The notes under the pieces were generated by a model, which was given only the letters and a program-made list of their open reading frames with translations, made no database searches and was not told the origin of the DNA. Positions 28,513 to 40,511 of a stretch of DNA of 64,000 nucleotides are shown here, one piece after another. Position numbers and translations under genes: made by a program. Position 1 is the stretch's first letter. Each line of letters starts with the position of its first letter. Origin of the DNA: Trichoplax sp. H2. Its lineage: Eukaryota. Location of the stretch: the NCBI GenBank assembly GCA_003344405.1, contig NOWV01000014.1, forward strand, positions 186,001 through 250,000, given 5' to 3'.

Positions 28513-28790
28513 ATAGATCGGTCATTTCAATATTCTTCTAGGTTAATACTATAAGGGATAACTATACATTGCCTGATCAATTATAAATGAGGAGGAGATG
28601 AGAAAGTTTCATCGATTTTTGCAATTTCATGAATAATATTCTAAAAGACACCATAGATCAGTTATTTCAATATTCTTCTACGTTAATACTAGAAGAGATA
28701 GCTTTACGACTCTCGATCAATCATTAACGAATAGGAGATAAAAATTTTCGTCGACTTTTTACACTTCCATAGATAATATTTTGAAAGACT
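28513..28790. repeat. Tandem duplication, 2 x ~140 bp
   Basis: atagatc(g/a)gt(c/t)atttcaatattcttcta(g/c)gttaatacta at 28513 and 28653, with similarity continuing through each unit. Confidence 0.8.
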
Positions 28791-28952
28791 TTGCTATTCT
28801 ATCATAGTCTACTTTAGAAAAGATTGAATATACTAGCAAATAAATATTTCATTGCGGTAATGTAAGAGTGAATATGGAGAAACTTTTTGATGATATTTCG
28901 CTTTTCTCTCTTGCATTGAATTTAGCATGACGAATTAGAATTAGTCTCTGGC

Positions 28953-31185
28953 ATGGCTCGTGAAACTTTCCTAGCCGAACAATGCCTTTCCTTTAATAAT
29001 CAAATCCAAGATTTAATACCATGTACATTCATTCATCGTTTCCATCAATCATTGAAGAAAGTAACAAGACGTTGGAGAACACACTACCGACGCAGTTATG
29101 GCCGAATACGTTCAATTCAAGATGTTATTAAATTAGCCAAATGGGAACGCCGACATTTATCTACTAATAATGCCATATGCAATCGTTTAGTACTAGGAAA
29201 TCCAGCTTGTCCATCGCCTACAGATCTACAAATGTTTTGCGATTTTTGTAGTAAAATAGAAGAATTACGACAACGTTTTACCCATAGTATCTATCAGCCA
29301 TTATTAGATTTCTTCTATGATGCCCAAGTTGGTGGCCGAAAATTAATTAAAATTGCAAATATACTTGAGAAAATTGTTCGAGACTGGGATCGTTTACTCA
29401 ATACAGACCAAATACAACCAAAGTATTTCTCATCTTGCAGCGCGACATGGAAAGGATTACCTAAGAGAGACGAAGCGCTAGAATATTATGATATCCTAAG
29501 GCTACTACCGGATTTAATCGAGAAAGCATTTGAAGCATTACGATTAGCAAGGCAATGGCGACAATTATTAAAATCATCCCAATATCACAATCCTGTTGGC
29601 CAAAATAGGACCACTAGACGTACTGATTGTCATGATTATTCCGATTCAAGTGAAGGTACTTGTGTTAATAGCCCATCGAGTAATGGTAGTCCAGTCGATG
29701 TTAGCCATCATGATAAAGAAAACCACCAACACCGACTGCCATCGCAACAACCACCACTGCAACAGTCTTATGTCAATGCAGAGAGTCGAAATTCATCCGA
29801 CGATAGTGGACGACCTAAATCTCGGCTAAAATTACGACCTCGGTCTAAAGTAACATCGATTAACCAAGATGATCAACATAGGAAACAACTGAAAAAGATT
29901 GAAAAGGAATTAAAAGCCAGTAAAAAGAAATGCAATCATTTAGAGAAACAATTAAAAGCGGCTATGGAAGCTTGTGAAAATTTACAAAGTGAACGAGATC
30001 GTGCTGAAACTGAATGCCAACAATTGCGCCAACAATTACAACAAAGTAAGCAGCAATTGCAAGATACAACAGCACGATTAGAACGAACAGATTGTCGTAA
30101 TCGTTTCTTAGAAGATGAAATTAATCGAGCTATGCAAAGGATGCATAGCTCAGACGAGCAATTAATGCGAGCAACCAATCATGTCAAATGGTTGCGTAAA
30201 GAACTCGAGCGGACACGACAGCGTTCTGGTCAGCTTGAAAAGGATTTAGAATACTTGCATGAAAGGATGCAAGGGTTAAAATTAGAATTAGATAGTGCTC
30301 GCAATAAACAACATTCATTACATGGTAACTTGCAATTACTACAACGATTAGAAGATTTCCATGAATTAACGGGTGCCATGGAGCCACGCCAACTATCATC
30401 GTTAAGAACGACATTATCTGATAAGTTGGAAGTGGTCCAAAATCGAAGTCGTAGTATTGAAGATGATTTAGATAATTGTCTTACACGTTGTAATACATTA
30501 CAGAGTCAGCTGGATGTTGCTAGAGCTAGAGAAAGAGTAGTGCAAAGAATTCGTCATCAATCCAAAGATCAAAACGATCAAAATCCTCCTTCATCCAGTA
30601 TGTACAGTATAATATCGGTTAATTTTCTAATAAATTACCGGTAGTATTACTCTATCTTGCCAATAGCGTAATTATACATTCAGTGTGGCACTAGATAATA
30701 AGATTAAGAGTGAATTTTTATCTATATTATAGCTACTTGGGATTCCATAACAGTATCATACCCCTCTATCTCATCCTAAAATGATATTCCATTGCAATAG
30801 TTACCATTATTGACTAAGTTCTAACTTTCCAATGTTTTACTTAATATCAACAGATTCTCCGTTACCTCAATTAGAGCAATTGCAACAAAAACAAGGAATA
30901 TCCGATCGCTGTTTAACCGAATTTCAACTGAATGAAATTGCAAGAATTATCCGTGATTATTGGAAGGATTTAGGACGATCTCTTGGTCTTAGCGAATCGG
31001 ATTTAGTTAGCATTGAAAATGACCATCAAGGATCGACACATGAACAAAAATATGCGGTCTTATTAACATGGCGAGATAAACTAGGTCCTCAAGCTACTGT
31101 TCGACAACTTATTGCTGCCATGTTACGAATTAATCAACAATTTGATGCGAACATTATCTTAATGACTTGCTCTGCTTCTTCCTAA
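28953..31185 (+). CDS. Uncharacterised ~658-aa protein: N-terminal helical domain, Ser/Gln-rich linker, long coiled coil, C-terminal death domain (exons 28953-30597 and 30854-31185)
   Basis: The 563-aa and 117-aa ORFs are joined in frame by a phase-1 intron (donor A|gtatgt at 30598, acceptor cag|AT at 30853). Exon 2 matches the death-domain pattern LNEIARIIRDYWKDLGRSLGLSESDLVSIENDH...EQKYAVLLTWRDKLGPQATVRQLIAAM. Residues ~310-530 are Q/E/L/R heptad-rich. Confidence 0.85.
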
Positions 31186-32616
31186 CTGACTATGAAAATA
31201 TTTCATACTATCTTAATGACTTCAACTGGGACTATTCTATCTTTGAATAGATAGATAATTTTAAGCTTATCATTCAATAATCTTCAGAACAATTTGCAAA
31301 TGCAATCAGTTAAAAATTTCAAATTCTATGATATTGTATTGGCTAATGAGTTATTATAAGATAGGCAGAGATATACGACAAGCAGAATTATTGTAGGGTG
31401 AAAATATTTCTCCCTAACATTAAATTGGATATTATGGTACAATTACCTCGCAAGATTTATACAATCATTATATATCGGCTGAAGCACTTATACCTTTGCT
31501 AAAATAAAAAATATGACTATTTGATTTAATTGTACAGCACAAGATTCCTATTATTAATAATAAGATTGAATATACCAATACTTTACAAGAACGAGTCAAA
31601 CTGATAAATGACATCATAGATGAATTACTACCATACACTGACATTTAATTACCGGAAATACGTAGCAAATATCACTCTTACTTGATTGATGTGAGATAAA
31701 GAGCCATGAACCTTTCCTCTACCATAAATAATTACATTGTTGGAAATAGCTAGAATGAATAATGCATTCTTTCCAATGATATAATTCATCGTTCAAAACT
31801 TGCCAAATTATAATTGTCACAATGCTATACTGTACCAGTAATAATTTACTAGAGCATAGATCAAAAATGAAACATTCTATGAATTTTATTTGAAATCTTA
31901 ATCCTGACGAAACGATAAAATACAATAATAAACTATAAATACGAACATTTATTGCTGAATTTTGAGGTTATACATAGCTACGGTAATGCGGTAAATATAG
32001 AATATACCTGATTACCTTTAAATTTTATCATTACTTTGCATAAATTACATCTATTTCAAATTTAATGACTTTTTAAAATTTAAAAGCAATTTAACCTTTG
32101 CAATAATAAAATACGATGTTACGAAAAATTTGATTAGTTCTGTAAACTTAAATCTTGCAGTCTTTATTTATTCTTTTGTATATAGGGTACGGTAAAAGGA
32201 CATCTTACTAACGATGACGATCTATCCATGAAATACAAGTTGAATTTATAACAGATAGTCGAGATTATCATTACGTGATGTCCACTAACATCAACAACAT
32301 CATAAAATTAATTGCTTTTAGTTTTTACTTTATATCAATTTCACAATACCGCAGCAATTTCCAAGCCATGTTGTATATATATATATATATATTGTGTATA
32401 CGTAGATCTGTCATTTACTGTACACTCGTGAGAATATCCCAATAAGCTAATTTAAGATTAAATCAACACTGGCATTACTGCTATTACCAGACACATTTTA
32501 TAATAACTATTACCTAATACTTGCGTAAAATATCTCCACTACAATATGCGTCATGGTACTGGGCTGCCTTCTGACCATATCTGCAGAAGAGGCATTAAGA
32601 AATCACTTAAGTAATC

Positions 32617-35332
32617 CTATACAGCATTTTCTACTTTGTCGTCGATTTCGACTCTATTCGCTTTTATTCTTTTCTGCCATGATGTATAAAACTTGGGAAA
32701 CCATTTGGTCACTTTAGTAGACGAAGCTTTTCCAGACTAAGATAATTTTTAAGAAAAGGTACATGAAAATATGCCATACACTAAAAGCAAACGTGAATAT
32801 CATTGAATTTCACCTTTCTGAGAGCGGTTTGGAGAATATCCATAATAATCTCATTAGGATATGCGCCGTCTTCAAGCATGTACTACAAAAATAATGCCAT
32901 TTATGTTTTAGCAAGCTACACAAAGCTACAGTAAATATGTATCGTGTAATTAAAGATACAAGTAAAATAGTTTATATGAAGTTATTTATTGGAAAGTAAA
33001 ATGCAATAAAATTATGTTGCGATTATTTGTGATTACCTCCATTACTCCGACAACAAGTTTGAAATCGTAGTTATTAACGGCAGTCTTTAACAGCGTACCG
33101 TAGATGAAACTATTTGGGTTAAGTCCCGCAACCTGGATAGAGGCATGTGATAAATTGCAAAAACACCGAAAAATATCTATTACCTTATTAATAATTACAA
33201 GAAGTCAGTAGCTGCATCGCTCTTGAACAACTACTATAATCTAAGAGCAAAAAGCTGTCTAAGACGCTGCAAAATCTTACTTTCATGTCCTTGAGCATCT
33301 TTAAACCTTGATCTTTACTTTGACAACATGACGCAAGCACCTGGTAAGTTTTCAGATCTGGTTCAACACCGGTTGTTAGCAAGATTTTAAAAAGAGTCTA
33401 TACAACATGTCGAAGTTAAATAACTCATTATTTCATATAAGTACACAAAAAGTACAACTTATTAGAAATATGATACCATCGTGTTACGGTTCGAATTATA
33501 ATATTAGCAACTTACCTTTGCATGTGAAAGCTTGCCTTCAAGTACTTGTCGTCTAAGCAATGAATTCATAAATGCTACATCAAGAGTAATTTTATTTGCC
33601 CTGGTATATTTAATTAAATCACCAATTTGCTGATACGGGACAATATATGATAATAGATCGAATGTTGTTATATTTGGCTTAATTTTCAGTTCGGATAATT
33701 TTTCTAAAAATGTCTCTAAACCACCTAAAATGTCAATTTTACTCTCTATGCCATCTTGTTCGGGTGGTAAATCACAATCTCGAAGCACTAATAACATCAT
33801 GTTGTATGAATAAATATTATAATCAACATTTTTCTGGTGCATCTCTTCCCACAATTGTAATGCTCTAGTTATTCCCTTGACTTTATCTCTACTACACGCT
33901 TTTAATAAATAACAATAAGTGTAAGTATCTGCAGCGAACTTTTTATCCAGCATAGTATTATAAGCTTCAAATGGTTCTTCAGGTTCAGCTTCGCATTCAA
34001 CTAATGCTTGTATCAGTGCATTATACGTAATTGCATTAGACACATCTTCGGTTGATTCCATTTCATTTTGTAGATTATAAACACGCTTTAAGTGTGCAGA
34101 AGGTGTAGAAGCACATGCACATGCACTAAATAAGCTGGTAAATGTCCTATCAGTCGGTTGTAATCCACGTTTTTTCATCTACAAATTTTATACATTGAGA
34201 ACATCATGCCATTCATAGAAATACTTAGCATAACAAATCATTCGTCATCATTTACCTGATTATATAATTTAAAGGCTGTATTTGGTGCACCATGTTTACC
34301 ATAGGCCGAAATCATGACGTTATACATGACCGAATTCGATTTGGTTTTCATTTTGCCTTGATTGAATTTATCCAATATATTCATGGCTTTATCTAACTAC
34401 AAAGGTGAAAACAGAATCCAATTTTAGTTCTACTCATCAAGTTAATTTCATTATTAGCGATAGCCCAATTGGTAGCGTGCAATATCGTGATCAACTCACT
34501 TAGCTACTACATATATTATCCATTAAATTACTCGATGTAGTAGCAGTTTTGTTGTATTGTACATTAAGAGTCTTGTATCATACAAGTTGTATGGAAATTC
34601 CTTCAGCTTCGCCTACTATCATTATACTTGTCATAGTCAAATCATGCAAACTGGTATATTACCTTGTGGTTCCTGTTCAATTCCACCATAAATCCGATAT
34701 ATTGTGCAACATACATTCGAAGTTTTTGTTTTGCAGTTTTCCTGATTAAACTTGGTAATAACTTATTACTATTAGGTACTTTATGAAGCGAATCGTATTC
34801 GTAATCTTCCATCAAAATTTTTCTCTTTATGAGTATATCATCATGTTACAAAAGAGAAGAGAGTACAATAAGATTATGAATGAAAGAAATATGCAATAAA
34901 CATCTGTATAGGTAAGTCAAGAATACTATTGAAGATAGATATAGAATATTGCACAGGCAAATTCATTTACAGCAGGTGCTTCATTCGTATTATTCTATTG
35001 CAGCATTACAATGAGTGGTAGCGAATTTAGCTTTTACTGTACTGTGCAAATTTATGAATTTGAATTCAAACTTAGGCAAACTATATAACATCATCGGGAT
35101 CAAGTCGAATGATATTACAGCGAGTCTATACCTCTTCCTTTGGATCTACGCGTGATTTCTTAGGACGGCCATATTCATCAGCAATTACCCAATTGACTGC
35201 AGCAACATGCATATTCCTACCAGCTACCAACTTACTCAATTGATAATAATTATTCAGGCTACTGCAATCCCCTAGATTACCTAAAAATACTTTCTTGAAT
35301 GCATTTCGTACTAGTGCCGTTAATATTCGCAT
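32617..35332 (-). CDS. PTCD1: Mitochondrial pentatricopeptide repeat protein, PTCD1-like (multi-exon)
   Basis: PPR repeats: YNVMISAYGKHGAPNTAFKLYNQMKKRGLQPTDRTFTSLFSACA and TYCYLLKACSRDKVKGITRALQLWEEM...YSYNMMLLVLRDC, matching PTCD1 (AFNLYNQMKKR / QDKKTGFRYALQVW). The N-terminus MRILTALVRNAFKKVFLG is basic and amphipathic like a targeting peptide. Stop TAG at 32617-32619. Confidence 0.85.
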
Positions 35333-35500
35333 CTTGGTAGCTTTAGATCGACTCTGATAGCTCAATTTAGCCTGCAAATCCAACTCAACTCAACTCGATT
35401 TGATGGTGCTGCATTTAGCCATTTTAATCGCTGACATGTGACACTGGGGCAACCCGGTGACCAACCTATCCCATACAATTCCTTAAAGTAGAGTGGTTGT

Positions 35501-35585
35501 GCAAAATAGATTGTCACCCTACGACGTTCTCCTTCGATATAAATAGACTGCGAATAAATTGGCACAGGGTGACAGTCTATTTTAC
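35501..35585. repeat. Inverted repeat, 20-bp arms, 45-nt spacer
   Basis: gcaaaatagattgtcaccct (35501-35520) versus agggtgacagtctattttac (35566-35585), 18/20 complementary. Confidence 0.8.
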
Positions 35586-36483
35586 TCGATCGTAGGAGCA
35601 TCTTTCGCCCAGGATGACGTAACAAGTTCCTTTGCATCGCTGTTTCGTGTCAAAATAAGTATACGGTACCAAACAGTACCTAATGATATAACGCAACGTA
35701 TGAATATACTGACATTGTAAAGTTTTTTATTTTAGCTCAATGTCGCAATTTTCATATATATCGGAATATATTAACAGTGAGTTATTTTAGACCAGCTTAT
35801 AGACACTATATATATTATTTAATATTACTATTCATGTAAAACATAAAGGTAAGCACTTTACTCTTTGTAGTATGAAGTATATCGGCACCAAAGTCCTATA
35901 ATTGATTGTGTTCCAATCGCCATATTTATAGACTGCAGGCTGCACAGCCAATCGTAATACTTTTGAGTCGAAAATTTCTATATTGTAAAGAGTAAACTTG
36001 CCTTTTTGCTCGTTTTCCAGAGCTAATGATAGTGAATAATACTTCTAGTAACTCTAATTTGATCTAAATGAACTAGCTATTAATCTATTCGAATATACAG
36101 ATTAAAATGAGCTTTCGCTAAATGTCACCGTCATGACCGTTCCGAATGTTTCATACTAAGTCGTATATCGTTCGCTGCAACTTGAGTAACTTGGTAATAC
36201 TGTATACCATATACTGGCTTGGACCAGTCTTATAACATTGAAATTCCGGATAAGGAACAGACGTACGGACGCCCGTATATTATTACATTTTCTAACGGTA
36301 CGGTGCACAAGCGTAACCACAGTGTTATGCGAAGCAACAGTGTGCAAAATGAGCTGTCACCTCTTAGCCTGGTCTGCTTTCCATTTAATCCAGTCAAAAC
36401 TAGAATCGCGTAAATAAAGATGTGACAGAGTGTTTTGCACACCACTTTTCATTGTCTATCGTCGCTTCAGCTAGGCTAGGAAA

Positions 36484-39400
36484 ATGGCTGCAGTGCAGGA
36501 AGAGGAGACTGTTAATGAGGTCTAAAATTTCATCATTTGAATCGGATTAAATTTAATTCTATCCAATTTTTAGACGTGATAATCCATATTATTTTATAAC
36601 AGATCGAATTGACTTAAATCGCTGCAGATTTTTCATATGATTGCTTTTTTATATATGTAAACTATCGCAGGTGCCCACTATCTCCGCTCAAACCATTATC
36701 GTAATCCATCCAGGCTCCTTAAATTTAAGAATTGGCTTAGCATCTCATCATCAACCCATTACTATTCCTCATGTAATTGCACGTCGATGTAAGAATAAGA
36801 AGTTAAAACGAAGTAGAAAGAATCACTTCCGACGCGATGGCTATAAGGTTAGCAACGGATAAGAATTGGCTTGTAAAATAGTGATGTTAAAGGATAAATA
36901 ATTAGATAAAGGTAGTATTATAACCCACGTGAAAGTAATCCAAAATAAGCTTGTTGTTAGTCAAGAAGTAAATATTCCTCAACATAAATAGAATTATTAA
37001 CACTTGATGGATACTATGTAGAGAAATTTGATATCTGCAGTAATTCGTACTGAGATAATTAGAAGGAGGCAATACTGCTTGATCAGAATCAGCACGTAAA
37101 TGTATATTTACTATTCGGTGCTGTTCATGCTAGCCATTTGAAATTGATATGTACAGTAACGCTATTGATGCATTTTTTAGATCTAAATAATAACCATTGA
37201 TCTTCTCTACTTCAATAATTAATATATTGAACTATACTAGTGACCCACTATATTTGAAAAATTCTTCATACATATTAACTCAAGGTCATCTATTATCAAC
37301 TTTAGGATACTGAAAGCAACCATCTGATGGAGGCTGCATTAGCTAACATAAATCACGCCTTGCGCTCGCATAGATCAAATTATGGAATAAAATCGCAACA
37401 CTATACAGTCAGTTCGGTAATGCTTTAAAAGAGGATAGACTACTGGAGTCTAGATTAAATTTCTCATTTAAAAACTCTTGTATGCAGATTTACTTGACGA
37501 TTAAACGAATATATAAGGTTAACGTTCATTGACTTACAATAGCAATTATATGCAATAACGTTATTCGAATCATCCTTTAAATATATAGATCCTTACACAT
37601 AATAAAAATGTCAAGTGTGAAATGGTTGCTCAGGATCCTGAAAAGTTATTAACATGGAATGATGTTGACGATCAACCAGATTTTGTTGTTGGTCCTGCGG
37701 TTAGTAAATTACGTTAATAGAATTACTGAGCCCTACTGAAAACTTGATAAAATAATTACCACTTTAGTCAGTACTATACCCATGCAGAAAAAGGTTCGAT
37801 GATGATTAATTAATTCCTATATATATATATAATGTGATATATGCAAAATAAACAAATCAAATAATTATTGTACTGTACAACAACTGCTTCATAAGATTCT
37901 GCTATAGTGACCATCGTAAAGCCAAAATTGATAATTTGCATTTTGAACATGATGCGGATTAGGCACTATATATTGAAGAAAGTGAGCCGTATGAACTGTT
38001 TTGGCCAATAAAATTTGGACAAATTAATAGACATAAGGGAATTAGTGGTTCTGTTACCGCTATATTTTCTGACTTGGCTGATATTTGGAAAGCGGCTATA
38101 GAAGGTTATTTGGATATTCCAGCAACGGATTTTGAGGTAATAATTATTCCGTATTACTTTGTATTATATTACTGCTGTTTTAAACTCGATAACCTTCATA
38201 AATTAAGTAAACCTTTACTGCTATATTCATGACTAAGAAAAGGAATGCCTGTTTTTCCTTTCTAGAATTACAAAGCTTTAGTTTTAATACCTGATATTCA
38301 TGACAGAAGCTTATTTAAACACTACGCTGATTTGTTGCTAAATACCCTGGGATTTTCTGGAATGTTTCTTTATCAAGTAAGATTCGTACTATTGGCATGT
38401 CCGGCAATCCTAATATATGCTTAATGTAATATATATTGCTGTATTAAAAGGAATCTGTTGCCGCCTCCTTTGGAGCTGGTTTTCCGAGTGCCTGTGTAGT
38501 AGATATAGGAGATCAAAAAGCTAGTATCTGTTGTATCGATGATGGAATATCTATTCCTGAAACTAGGTTTTGCGATTAAATATTGTTGAAAAGATTTAAA
38601 AAGTTATAGCTAGGTATTAATACATTTGTTAATGTTAACAACGTTTCATTAACAGGTTAAGGATTAGTTACGGTGGTAAAGATATAACCCGGTGTTTCTA
38701 CTATCTATTGGATAAGGTAGAAATCTTTACGTCATATAGATATTTTCTCGGGGAACAGTTATAATAGGAGATTCGTCTTACATATATTTTAACCTTTTCT
38801 AGATCTATTTCCCTTACCGAGACCTCAGTCCTTACAATCATTTAGATTTAATATTAATAAAGCACCTAAAAGAAGATTTATGTCACTTAGACCCGGTAAT
38901 AATCATTATTTCAATCATTTAAAATTTGTGCTGGTGTACTTCTAACCGAAAATACATTTAAATATACTGCTAATATAATATATGAATACGCATAATAAAC
39001 TGTATGAAATCCGTTGATCTATAATATATGTAATGTATACGATCCATAAACTGTATGAAACCTGCTGATCTGTTTTTCTAGACAATTCCAGGCGGAGCTA
39101 TTCATGATTTTATTGTTGCTAAACCCGATTGTGATGAGTTACATTACTCTATCCGGTTGGGCGATGAATTATTGCAGGCACCATTAGTAAGTATGACGTA
39201 AAGAATAAAAAATAATTTCTAGTCAAATCTAAGAAAACAATGTTCTTTTATTCTTAGTCTCTTTCATTTTCTGTTATCTATAGGCCTTATTTTATCCATC
39301 GTTAATGGGAATAATTGACGAGGATATTATAACAACCCAACCATCAGTACCATTTGATAGTGAAGATATCATGGATGATCCTAGTTTACTAGAGGTTATC

Positions 39401-40173
39401 AATAATGTCATAGATTGTCTATCGCGTAAATTTATTTTGACCACGACATTCATAATCTGTTTTATTGATCGTGCCTTAAAGTAAGCAACGCTTTATATTT
39501 CCTGGTACTTATAGAGTACTCAGTCCCAAAGCGGAAAAGTAGGACCAAAATCGTCATCAGCGAATCAGTCAAATTCAGCTACTCCAACTCCCGAAACTCC
39601 TCAAACTGCTAACTCGTTGTCCAATAATTTGAGTGATAAGAATATAGTTTCAATTGACCAAGCCATTGTATATAGCATAGATAGCTGCCGTAAGCTGTAT
39701 TCTCAATACGATAATATTTTCGATTGGTAATATATCTGTATAACTTACACTTTCGAAATTTCAATGTTCATTAGCTACCGATGAATTGAAGAAGAAAGCT
39801 CTGTCATCCATTTTACTAGTTGGTAAAGGGTTTATGTTTGACAATGCAGCATTTTTTCTGCAAGCTCGTATTCGATCTAAGTTACCTACAGGTCTAAAAA
39901 AATACGCTGAACAAATTGACGTAACTGGAAAAGTCCGAGTAAGATAACCTATTTATACAGTAATTGCCTTTTTTGCTTATAAAGCGCGCATGATCTTAGT
40001 GACAATTTGATTTATTGTCATCATTTTAGGATATGGATCCTGGCGTTGTCGCCTGGAAAGGAGCTGCTGTACTTAGTTGTTTAGATAGTGCTCAAGAACT
40101 ATGGATCTCTCCTGAAGAGTGGAATAAGTATAGAATTCAAATCCTTCGTGAGCGTTCTCCGTTTGTTTGGTGA
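36484..40173 (+). CDS. ACTR8: Actin-related protein 8 (INO80 complex subunit), multi-exon
   Basis: MAAVQEEETVNE|VPTISAQTIIVIHPGSLNLRIG...IPHVIARR; ESVAASFGAGFPSACVVDIGDQKASICCIDDG; C-terminus DMDPGVVAWKGAAVLSCLDSAQELWISPEEWNKYRIQILRERSPFVW* (TGA 40171-40173), matching Arp8. Confidence 0.96.
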
Positions 40174-40266
40174 CAGTGAAAAGGAAGCATTTCTAACATC
40201 GCGATTAATCTAGAGTTTCATCGAATTTCTATGTATTGCAGGGACTTAACATTTCCAAATCTCTTT

Positions 40267-40280
40267 AATAAAATTTTATT
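40267..40280. terminator. Palindromic double poly(A) signal between convergent ACTR8 and ADSL
   Basis: AATAAAATTTTATT is self-complementary and gives AATAAA on both strands, inside the 338-bp gap between the two stop codons. Confidence 0.4.
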
Positions 40281-40511
40281 TATATGTCAGTGTTGAAAAA
40301 CTTGTTGCAGCTTCAAAATGTAATAATACAATTAAGACATTCACTAAAATAAACACATGAACATTTTTATCAAAGTCGCGTTAAGAGGTAACGTTTTATT
40401 GCTAATAGTATGGTAGTATAATAAATTAGAAAGTTATAGATACAAAGTATAATGCAAAGAAATATAGTATTAAATTGCTATTTTCTTTAAAGGTACAATA
40501 GATATGACCAT

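Noticed and set aside
29596..30414. ORFs overlapping the death-domain gene
   Set aside because: Alternative-frame or antisense shadows of a coiled-coil coding region.
38990..39075. ~28-bp direct repeat in an ACTR8 intron (taaactgtatgaaa...tgatct)
   Set aside because: Simple local slippage duplication with no sign of function.
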